Translations under genes and position numbers: made by a program | The notes under the pieces: model-generated | Databases searched by the model: none | What the model saw: the letters and a program-made list of their open reading frames with translations, nothing else | What the model was told of the DNA's origin: nothing | In this document: one piece after another, positions 24,229 to 35,018 of the stretch | Layout of the letters: the number at the start of each line of letters is the position of its first letter | Position numbering within the stretch: position 1 is the first letter of the stretch | Assembly: GCA_964106645.2 (NCBI GenBank) | Contig: OZ067043.1 | Origin: Podarcis pityusensis | Lineage: Eukaryota | Length of the DNA: 64,000 nucleotides | Direction: 5' to 3' (one strand)

Positions 24229-24359
24229 AGCATGAGCCTCTTAGTCTCAGGGTCGTAGGTTAGAGACCCATGTGGAGCAAAAAGATCCCTGTATTGCAGG
24301 GGGTTGGACTAGATGGCCCTAAGGGTCCCTTCCAACTCTACAATTCTATGAGTCTATGA
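24229..24359 (+). mobile_element. SINE with 5'-truncated tRNA-Lys(CTT)-like head and CR1-derived tail
   Basis: AGCATGAG.CTCTTA.TCTCAGGGTCGT.GGTT.GAG.CCCA follows vertebrate tRNA-Lys. Tail GGGTTGGACTAGATG...CCCTTCCAACTC...(ATTCTATG)n is the CR1 3' end. Confidence 0.78.
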
Positions 24360-24455
24360 AAAGTGTTAGCACTAGCAAGAGAACTGGGGGACATTTGGGT
24401 TCTGCTATGAAGAGCGAAATGTATTGGACTTTGCGGCAGAAGCAACACTCAAGTA

Positions 24456-24681
24456 CAGTGGTACCTTGGGTTAAGAACTTAATTTGTTCTGGAGGTCCGT
24501 ACTTAACCTGAAACTGTTCTTAACCTGAGGTACCACTTTAGCTAATGGGGCCTCCTGCTGCTGCCGCGCCGCTGGAGCACGATTTCTGTTCTCATCCTGA
24601 AGCAAAGTTCTTAACCCGAGGTACTATTTCTGGGTTAGAGGAGTCTGTAACCAGAAGCGTCTGTATCCAGAGGTACCACTG
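24456..24681. mobile_element. Tigger/pogo-like MITE, 226 bp, TA TSD
   Basis: TA|CAGTGGTACC...GGTACCACTG|TA. A same-length homologue lies at 60084-60309. Confidence 0.9.
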
Positions 24682-27004
24682 TATATTTCATACACTTAGG
24701 AAGACTAATTGAAGTATACATCCAACTGATGCACACCTGTGTTAACTATCCTGCATACACACCATACGTTTAAAGCACATTATTTTCCTTCAATGAATCC
24801 TGGGAACTGCGGTTTACCCATTACAGAGCTACAGTGTCCATTACTTTTAACAAACTACAGTTCCCATGGTTTTTCGGGGGGAATTATGTGTTTGGGTGAC
24901 AATTAAAATTATTTCTTTGTCATTTTTTTTTAATTAACCTGGCTGCATTGTGTTCTTTTAGAGCTGGATTTCCTCTTAGTCTCCATTTTCTCAGTGCCAG
25001 TTGTCAAAACTTGTTTATCCAGCTTCATGTAATGCCTTTCAATATGACCAATCGGTAATTATAAATCTCTGCAACTAGCTTGTTCAGTTACCTGAATTTT
25101 GGTTACCAAAACATTTTAAACAGCCTCACATGGCACTTACAAGTTGTATTGCATTCGTGCCTTATTTTTTTAGATATCTGGTTTCATGCAAATATTGCAG
25201 CTTTCTTTCCCTGCAGTGCAGGGGAAAGCTATCTGTGGGGAGTGAATTGTGTACTGCGGCAAAAGGCCTCTCTTTTCTATATATATATAATTTGAATTGA
25301 TTTTCAGTTAATAACTTTTAACCTCCTGAACCAAAGAGTCTGTTGCATGGTACATGCATCAAAGGCTGGATGATAGGCTGGAAACTGCTTTCCTATGTGT
25401 CTTCACATCCAGCTGCACAATCCTGGTACCTGCTGAAGATCTAAGTGAAGATTTGAGATGCTAATAGCTGCTTCTTTTTCTCCAAATGGACTAGTTAAAA
25501 TCCTACAACATTTAAACAATTTAGGCAAATAATGTAGCTGTTCAAAACACATCCCTTGTTTGAGCATGCCAGTAAGCCACAGGAAGAGAGAAAAGCAGTC
25601 CTGTATTCTAATTTCAGTTTGATTCTCTGAGTGCTATTGCTTAGGAAGACAAAAATAGCCCAGTGAGAACTGAGCATGCTCTGTGGGCATGGAATGCTGA
25701 CCAGCTATTAGGAAAGGATGTAGAGAAATTGGTGGTGGGCGGGGGGGGAGCGAGAAAGGAATGGAGTGGCTGGAACAATGAAGAGAAGTACTTCACGTTA
25801 TATATATTCCACCAACTCATTCAAATTATCAAGGTGGGGTGCAATATTTACAACACAAAACTCTTGCTTATATATTAATAATATCTGTTAGTTTTTAAGT
25901 TGCTACTAGACTTTTTTTTTTTTTTTTTTGCTGAAAAAGACTAACATAGCAGCTACCTGCTGGTGGCAATGAAGTCTTTGAATGATTGCACCCAAACAAC
26001 ACCATCCATGAACAAGAAGGAGTTATCGACAGACTTGGGGTAACGGAAATTGCAGAAGTACAAAAAAACTTTAGGAAAATGCTTCTAAGACAGAGCTGGA
26101 AAACTTTTCTGGCCTGGCAGGACAGATCTTTATCTCTCCCACCACCCCTGCTTGTGGGCCAACGTTGACAGGTCGGCAGGGCTTGTCAACCATCTGTCCG
26201 CCATCTAACATCATGATACTGTCTGCAGCTGACTGATAGGTAGGCGATCCCACCCGGCAGAGTTGTCCTTTGGAGTTGGGGTTATGGGTCTGTTTCACCA
26301 GTGCATTCCTTACTGGGAACATTTTAGCAAAGAAGATCCTAGCAGATGAGTGGAAGGTTCAATCTTGTTGGCTACTAGGGTCTTCTTCACCCAAGCATTC
26401 TCCACAGGGAATGAGCTAGTGAATCGGTACCCAATGAAATTGAGCCCCACCTCCTTTCCCATCAACTGGGTGATGCCAGCTGATGGACAAAAGGGCATGG
26501 TTTGGGGTAAATGGCTTCACAGGCCAGCTAGAAAAAGAATCTCCATAACAAAGAAAGGACAGTCAAGGTAATATTCAGCTGTCCTACGGCTTTGACTGAT
26601 TTACAATCAAGAATCACAATTGATCTTGAGCATCAGTTGGGGAATACTGCACTAGGCAATTTAAGTGACTGCCTGGGACAGTACATTGAAGGGAGAAGGT
26701 GGCATATTTTGAGCAATGGCAATGTTAGATAGTAGTAATGGTCCATCACTAGCATTCCTGTGTTGTGTTTTTGCTTATGTTTCTCTCAAGGACTGCAGGA
26801 TGTAAGAGGAGGCAAGCAAATGCAGTGCAATATATTTTAATAGGTGAGGACTTTTAAGAATTGGATTGCAGTTTTATGAAAAATGTGCTCAACAAACACC
26901 ATCCTAACCAGAAATTCTTGTGTCAAATAGGACTATGTGACCATGAAATTACATGAAGCAGTAGCTGCAGGTAGCAGATTTCAGAAGGGCAGCATTTTCT
27001 TATC

Positions 27005-27725
27005 TCCAAAGTCTAATTGGGAGCAGTGACCATGGTGCTATTAAATTAAACGTACATGTAAATGGCCATTTGCCAAGAAAATCCAACATGGTCACATTTG
27101 ACTTCAAAAGAAGAAATTTCCCCCAAATGAGGGGATTGGTAAAAAGGAAGTTGAAAGGCAAAGTCAAGAGGGTCAAATCATTCCAAAATGCCTGGGAGTT
27201 GTTTAAAAACACAATAGTGGAAGCTCATCTGGAGTGGATACCGAAGATGAGGAAAGGTACCATGAGGGCCTAGAGCATGCCAAAGTGGTTGATGAACAGA
27301 GTCAAAAGAAAGCTTCCTTAAAAAAAAAATGGAAGTCTTGTTCAAACAAGAGTACACAAGGAGCATAAGGAGATTGCAGAGAAGCTGGACAAATTATTTG
27401 GATTTGTGGACATCCAATGAAACTGAATATTGGAATATTCAGGACACATTAAAGAAAATACTAAGCAGTTCATAATTAAACCATGGAACTTGCTCCTACA
27501 GGTAGATGGCTTTACAAAAGGATTTGACAATTTCATGGCGAATAAGGCTACTAACCATGATGGCTGTGCTCTGCTTCCATGGTGGGAGGTGGTCATACCT
27601 CTGAATACTAGATTCTGGAAGCCTCAGGAAGCCCTGGCTGTAGGCTTCCCACAGGCATCTGTTTGGCCAGAACAGGATGCTAGGTTAGATGGCACCACTG
27701 GCCCAATCCAGAAGGCTGCTCTTAT
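27005..27725 (+). mobile_element. CR1 LINE remnants (ORF2 linker region joined to 3' end)
   Basis: GSSDHGAIKL...FDFKRRNFPQMRGLV...AWELFKNTIVEAHLEWIP is typical CR1 ORF2. Downstream are WNLL, DGFTKGFDNFM and a CR1-type 3'UTR. Confidence 0.8.
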
Positions 27726-28184
27726 ATTCTATTGGTACATGCAGTTAAAACAAAAATGCACAGGGAGAGGGTTGGAATCAATTTACTAGTTTGCTGCAGA
27801 TGCAAAAATGTCTAAAGATGGTTATATACACTTATGCCTTACGGCTGGTATTTTTCACCATCCCTGCCTTATCATCTTCAGTGTGTGAGAGCTTGTAGTG
27901 TTGGTGAGTAAAAGGCGGGCTTTTGTAAATAGTTATTTCAGGACCGAATCCTGACCTAGCAAGCTGTGACTCAAATGAAGCTTTACTTGATGGCTTTGGT
28001 TGCCGCCCCATCTGTAGAAGAACTGCAGCAATTTGAGTGAGCCGTTTGTGTTTGGTAACATTTAGGATAAACAACACCCAAGTCCAGTTTACTCTTTTGT
28101 GTCTTACATACGGCCCCTGGTATCTGCTCTGGGCAGGGTAGCCATATAAGGGATAAAGTTCTGCATGTCTATAAAGCAGTGGAG

Positions 28185-28187
<3 letters not shown>

Positions 28188-28218
<31 letters not shown>
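28188..28218. repeat. (TG)n microsatellite
   Basis: Direct observation. Confidence 0.95.
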
Positions 28219-28220
<2 letters not shown>

Positions 28221-31200
28221 AGACTTACAGTACAGTCATTATTTTAACAGCACTTATTGTGACTTAAGGTCAACATTCGTCTTCCAGAATTTTCTTTATT
28301 GAAGGAACGAAGCTTTATGCCATAACCCCATGTCTCTTCTAATTGAATGAGTGCTTCCTTTGTCCTTGAAGCAACAAAGAAATATGTGCATCTAGTCTCT
28401 GCAACATGGAGAGCATCTACTTTCAGATTTGGCATGTCTCAACTTTAAAACCAGCTTCTTCTTTTTTTAAAGGTGTATTGGCACACCTCTGCTTCAATTG
28501 CAATGCACAGTACGGAAGGACATTGTTGTGGCTTTCTAGAACAAAGAATTGGCAACCACCACAGCTCAAACACTCACATGCCTATGTGTTTTAGGCATTA
28601 ATGTGGTCTGTTGGAAGGTTAGGGTCCTTAAGCTTTTCCTTAGCTCTGCCACACATACCTGCAAACTTCTGAATATGCCAGAAAAAATGCTTTCAAATAA
28701 CTTGAGTTGTTTAACTGGAATGAAAAGACTTTGAATAGTGTAGTTCCTAAATAACCATGCTTGTTGCTGTTGCCACGTGCTTTCCTTCCTGCATAGAATG
28801 AGAGAAGATTGTTCCAGTGTGTGGCACAGAGAAAATGCAGCAAAGGATAATGTAGAGGTGCCCACATGTGCTGGAAGTAGCTTTTGATACATCACCATGA
28901 CATGTACTGATGCAGGGTGGCCACTTCTGCATTGTGATAAAAATGGGGATGCGGATCTGCTAAAGCTAATTTGTGTATATAGGTGCAAATTTAGAAATAA
29001 TATACTGCACTGCCTGAGCAGTGAGTACCTCAGAATAATCCAAGTACTGGTACAGAGAATATTGTTCCCTAGTTTTGCTAGTCTAACACACTGGTGTTTA
29101 TTTCATAGTGCTATGTTGTTCTACTGTATGTAACATACTTCCTAACATTTTTCATTTCTCTTCAGTCTCTTTGCTATTGTGCCCTGCAAATTATTTCACA
29201 GCACATCATTCCATTAGCACAAGCCCTTGCTTCGCTACTTAACCTGAACTACCACTTGCATAATGCATGACAACTTGGTAACCTGCTGTCTAGATTCAGC
29301 CTACCTGAACCTAGTTTTTATGTCACTGTCACTTCTAAACTACTAGTTGCATTGTATTTCTACAAGTATAGTTAACTGTCACTCTGAACTCCTGCACTAC
29401 CAGTTTCAACTTTAATTTAGACTGGAATCCCTTTGAATTTGGACTGCAATCCCAATATCTTAAATAGTCTCTTGAAACTATGACTCAGAAGTAGAGGCTT
29501 TCTGGGTACAGTTTTTTAGTGGCTTGTATTTAGCTGTTGTGGTGGAGGAAAAGCATTTGATGTGCAAAAACTGGCACAGGAGAGTGACACCCAATTATTG
29601 CAAGTATCAGTTAGATGTATCTCATGCTAAATTCCTTAACCTTTAAACAGGAGGTGTTCATACTCTCGATAGACTATGGTATGTTAGATATCAGAGTACA
29701 AGTCAGCTTGACAAAACCCAGGTACACTTTGTTAATAACCATGTATTATACCTTGAAGAGACATAAGTGCAGGAAAGACGGAAAAAGCTCTGTGCTTGTC
29801 AATATTGAGAGCTGGAGGATTAAAACATGGTTCTCTAGCTTTAAATCAGAAGATTAATTGTTTAATGCTATATGTTATATGTTTTGGAAGTCTACATTCT
29901 CATTGTGTTCAGTGGGCATATTTTCCTATCACCAATAATTGTTCCACTGCATTGTTCCACTGCATTTCAGAAGTAACCACACTCCAGTAGCTGCACTTTA
30001 TTTAAAGAGATTTCTTTATCATTTAACTTTATTACAGCAGGCACAGCCTGGACGCTGTTCGAGTGACAAGGACTATTTCCTTAATTACTGTGCATTGATA
30101 ATAGCATTTACTCTGGCAGCTCCAGTGCTATTCAATCAAGCGAGATTCAATACAAAAAAAGCTGATTTGCCAAAAGGAAGATTAGCATAAGTGCCTGCAG
30201 TCACATTCTATTTTTAAAGGTAAAGTTACTTCTTGTCAGAACTTTATTAAAAGCCATAACATGATTACTATCATCTACCTGCTATTGTTAAAAAATAAAT
30301 AAATCTTTAAAATCTGCAAAGTTCAGTATTCAAGCTAAGGACATTTAACATGCTCCCTCCTCCCATCCTAAAGTATTTGATCACATCTGATTTACAAAAG
30401 CAATGGCAGGGTTTATTTCTCATCCTACTCTGACGTAGATACTCAAATTTATTGTACCAAGTTTTCCTCCCCCTAATTTTGTATTGCTGCACTTAGTCAT
30501 CGCTTGATTAAGTGATGACTAAGGAGATTGCTTTTTAAAATGGAACATTTCTCTTTTTTTTGCAGTGGATCTAGCATAAACTGGAAATGCCGACTTCAGC
30601 ATTACGCACATCTCTTAGCAGAAGGTTAAACAGGACATTTAAATGTTATGGCAAGCTATGATGAGATCAAAGCTCAGAAAACAAATGGTAACCGGATAAC
30701 AGCACTTGGTATGCTCAATTATCAAACGTAGAAGATTGAGGACCACATTATGACCTGTACACGTAAATGAGTCCAGCAGGTCAAACCACTAAAGGAAAGG
30801 CATATATATTCCATAGCTTCCTCTTAACAAAATGGCAGGCAAACAGTTTTAAATCCTTCTAAAACGGCTGAGAGTGTTGGATAGCCATCTTTTTACAAAG
30901 ACTCTTGTTGCCGACTATATCTATCTATCTATCTAGCCAGGGGTTGTTCTGCGCTTGTTCCTTCACAGCTGGCTATTGTTGTGAGAATAAGAGAACAGAC
31001 ACTGCTTCCATAAGTAAAACTATGAAGTCAGTAACTGAGCTCGCTCTTTCAGCAACTCATTTAACAAGTGCTGATGTAGGCTTAGAGACACAGTGCATTC
31101 CCCTCTTATTTTAGCTCTTATGAAGTGGACTTGACTTTAAACAACAGTTAAGACTTTCCAGGTGGCAACAAAGCTGACAAAAGTGAAATTGCCAACGGTA

Positions 31201-32651
31201 GTTGTGCTGAAATATTAAGAGACTTTTTATACCTCTCTTCATACTGGGAAAAGCAAAAATGCTTTATGGTTGGAAGAAGTGACAGAAAGAAGACAAGGGA
31301 AATGACAGCAATGACCATTGTTTATATTCCTCACGAACAGCAAGATGAAAATGCTACAAACATTTAGTTCTGAATTGGGGAGAGGGACAGTGATGTAAGT
31401 GTTCCTAGGGAACAATATTCTTATTCTGTTGAAGGAGGTGAGCCAAGACACTTAAGCTCCAGAGAACCTTTAACACAGGAAGCTATTTATCATAACAAGC
31501 TTGGTTGAGACTGCTCCCCATACTGAACCAATTAGAGTAGCTTATTTCGTCATACTTCATAACTTGCAATGATAGGTTTCCAAGCCTGGCACAGTGCAGT
31601 AATTGAATTTTGATCAAACACACATGGCCCATAACCCACTATGTGAAACTTTCAGAGCAGTTCGCAGCTTTTAAATATCCAGTCAACTTGTTGCCAAAAG
31701 TACAGGATGTACTTGATGCAAGGGAGGGAGAGAATGAATGAGCTGGAACTTGGTACATCTGTAAAACAACATTTTTTTGTTTGACTTCTCCTCTTGCTTT
31801 TAAAGAGCAGTCAGGAAAGGGATGCTGAATCTGAGGTCATTTCTTCCTGCCTTTACTTTTATGTACGCACATACGCTTTTCAGAGTTTTTATGCAATTTG
31901 TATTAAGTCCATTGTGCAGTAATTCATGATGCATTTTCCATAATTTATGTCCATTGTTTATTCTTATTTAACAAAATAATTTAAAAGGAAAGTCACTGTC
32001 CTATTCTTGTCAAGGCTATGGTTATTGTCAAAACCATGGCCTGTGTATGATGAAGCTGTCTTCTGCTTTTTGGCATGGGCAGAGACAACAAGACAACTGA
32101 TGACACAGATGCTTCCATCAAATCATGTCCTTTGAAGGCAGACCCCTTCCATTAGTTATTGTTCAGCTGAACTCTGGAAGAAATCAAAGTATTAAATGAT
32201 TAATTCCTGTCAGTGGGAAAGCATGAGTGGTTCCATAGCTTCCATGAATGAAAGACAGTTTGTGAAGCTGCCTCTTGTCCCACAGGAACCCAGAGCACAA
32301 TAGTAGCCTCTTGAGTCTCCTTTGCAACAGCACAGTCAAACACACATCCCCCTCAAAGCCTGAACAGCAGCTGCCCCCCATTTGCAGCAAGAATGGAGCT
32401 TGGATTTTCTTCACTTTTGTTCTCCTTTCTGCTCCCTTTCATAGGACTAAATTTCTATACGGCTGGTTATAGGATAGACATGAGCTGCATCTTCTCTTCC
32501 AACCACACCTTTTATCTATGTTCATTCCCAGCGCTTGTCATCAGGATACTACTGTAGGACACAGCTGCTGCTGGAGCTCCATGGGTGGCAGCTAGGTTAG
32601 CTGACTTCTCAGCTTCTTCCTCTTTGCTCTACGTCAGTCTATAGCTTAAAG

Positions 32652-32770
32652 CAGGGATAGCCACTGTGGTGTCTCCAGATATTGCTGGACTCTAGTGAGC
32701 ATGACCAATGGCCAGGGATGACATGAGCTGTAGTCCGGTAACATCTGGAGGTACATGCTGACAAACTCTG
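32652..32770. mobile_element. hAT-type palindromic MITE, degraded
   Basis: CAGGG...CTCTG ends. Flanks GCTTAAAG/ACTTAAAG (7/8 TSD). Confidence 0.7.
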
Positions 32771-33273
32771 ACTTAAAGTATAGCTAAGCTATATTAAACA
32801 TTAAACTATTGCATACCCTAGAGATAAACACCAGTAGCAGCAAAATGCATATGTGAGCTAGTAGACAGCTGTAAATCACCTACTTCTTGTCACCTGGTTG
32901 TGAACCAGCAAGGAAATAAACACATTTCAATGGCAAACTTTTATACACTGGAAAACAATGCAAATGAATGGTATCCTTGGTACGATTTGTAATTGCAGGA
33001 TACAAATACATTCTGATCGCTTGAAGTTGCAAACTTGCATGCCTGCAAACTGACAATACAGAAGTTTAATATGGCAGTTATTTAATATGATCCTGAGAAA
33101 TATCTGCCGGCTGTTTTCAACTGTATTGGGAAACCACATGGCACCAACTGAGCCAAAGAACTCACTGGCTTAGCACAAATGAGCAAATGTGTGCGGTTCC
33201 TGATGAAAACAGTCACTGTGCTCCTCCCCAGTCATTTTGTACCTGCCATAAGCTGCGGTCTGGCTTAGGGTAC

Positions 33274-33520
33274 CATCTGAACCTGGGCTCATGATTTAGC
33301 TCTCCCTGACAAACCATGAGCTGTAAAAACCATAGGACAAACCTTAGTTTCAGTTTGTGATTTGTCTAGAGACAGCTAAGTCATGAGCTTGAGTTTGAAT
33401 GCTAAGCCCAAACTACAGCTTAGCACAGCAGCAAAACAAGTAGGGAGGAGCAAAGTGGCCATGATCTCTTCCCTGGGAGCTGGCACATTTTTATTAAGCC
33501 ATGCTTTGCCGTAACATATG
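33274..33520. repeat. Palindromic interspersed repeat; relative at ~54930-55300
   Basis: Imperfect inverted arms (gctcatgatttagctctccctgacaaaccatgag / tttgtgatttgtctagagacagctaagtcatgagc). A related sequence recurs in a PATJ intron. Confidence 0.55.
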
Positions 33521-34059
33521 TGAACCAGACCACTGGGTGGTACATGAGTTCCATGTGTGTTTCAAGCCTTCTCCCTGTTTCATATAAAATGTGCCTTTTC
33601 TCAGTGTGTAAGACAGACTTGTCAGGAACATAGGATGTCACTCTAGAAAACTAGAATTTTTATAGCTAGTTTGCTTCAGTTGTCTCATGCGCCTGTTTGG
33701 GGGTAAAGGTACCACGAGGATATGAAGGTTAGCGGTACCAGCATGCTCAGTTAAAGGATCTCAGGTGACTGAGCTGGCAAGGATACCTGCTTGAGATCTT
33801 TAACTGACAAACTTTCCTTGAGAGCTGCTGCCAGAGTAGACAATATTTGTGAAGATGAACCAATGCCAGTTCATCTATATGCCGGTTTCACGCATATAAA
33901 CAGCTCCATTTGTGATTGCAGAAAATATATATAGGGTTTGAAGGTCTAGAGGCAGCCAAGTCATGAGCCCTTTCAGTTGCCACACATATACATGTGTTGG
34001 AGTGAGAGCCAGGGTATTGGCATATTAATCATGAAACTAAATCAAATTCAGAGCACAGC

Positions 34060-34401
34060 CATTTTCCATGCTATTTCTTAATTTTATTTTTGCTAGTGGG
34101 AAAACTTAAAAATGAACGTGATCCCAATTTGATTGCTGTGTTACTGAACAATTCAGTTGCAGATTTCAAGTACATGTTGCAAACTTCTTCAAAATAGGAT
34201 TTATATAGTAAATATACTAATGGAAGACAATCTTTGAAATTGTCGAACAGTCTAGAAACTTGATGCATCAACACAGCAGCGGACAATACTATATAGGCTT
34301 TCCTTGTAGGCTAAACACAGACAGAATCAGTGCTGAGCTTATAACCTGACCTTTGCAATGCAGTTGTTTCAATAGGCATAGGTTATGGGGTTTGGCTCCA
34401 C
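34060..34401 (-). other. TM2D1: Probable non-coding terminal (3'UTR) exon of TM2D1; 3' end approximate
   Basis: Strong acceptor ttttgcttcctctttcctgtag|G at 34402/34401 pairs with the donor at 34899. AATAAA on the - strand at 34088-34083. Confidence 0.7.
34083..34088 (-). terminator. Candidate polyadenylation signal AATAAA of TM2D1
   Basis: Canonical hexamer ~315 nt into the putative terminal exon. Confidence 0.6.
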
Positions 34402-34907
34402 CTACAGGAAAGAGGAAGCAAAATGTGGGGTAACTAAACATTGCTTTTGCCAAAAACTGCATCTTGCTGTCTTTTCAAGCGAGATCCACCAATATTGGCT
34501 TGGTTCACTGTGGAGAAGGTAATGAACAGCGTCCTCTGCCACTGTTAAGAAGAGAATCACATCGTTTCTACCTTCTGCAAACCACAACACAAATGAGAGT
34601 TTGGAGTCTTTGCACTGCTGTGTGTTCTTCTTATCATAGGTGAGGGGAAGTTGCATGTGATGAGTGAATGCAGTTTTGAACACTAAAAAGAGATATTCTT
34701 GCATTAGTTACAGAATTCCCTAGAATTTGTAGGGGGTTGGTTACAAAAAGATCATGGAACTGTGCAGTTATTCTGGTTTTCTGTTACATGACAGGAAACA
34801 AGCATTCGACTCCTCTGTGCCATGCATACTTCATTTTACAAGAGTAATAGTTATTAATCAATTAATGAATTTTTAACATACCCAAATCAAGGCACTTACT
34901 GGCATGT

Positions 34908-35018
34908 TTAAGGGTATATTTGTGGTTTTCTGAATGTCTCATTAGAAATACTCAGTCTGGTAAGTCTTGCTCCATAATAATCTATGATGTAACTAGAGCC
35001 ATCAGAAGGTCCTACGAT
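34908..35018 (-). CDS. TM2D1: TM2D1 coding exon 6 (IVGPSDGSSYIIDYYGARLTRLSISNETFRKPQIYP*)
   Basis: Acceptor attctcttttag. 37 codons ending in TAA at 34910-34908. A donor A|GTAAGT follows 8 nt after the stop, so the exon likely ends at 34900. Confidence 0.96.
   Translation of the reverse strand: MVGPSDGSSYIIDYYGARLTRLSISNETFRKPQIYP

Noticed and set aside
26380-26412. eIF4B pseudogene, suggested by the ENAWVK peptide
   Set aside because: The match is limited to six residues and the flanks do not resemble eIF4B.
1-34000. Numerous 60-170 aa ORFs in the six-frame track (e.g. 11414-11920, 19534-19923, 23467-23940, 28566-28988)
   Set aside because: No recognisable domains and no coherent exon chains. 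Many start at non-ATG codons or lie within TEs. Expected by chance in intergenic DNA.
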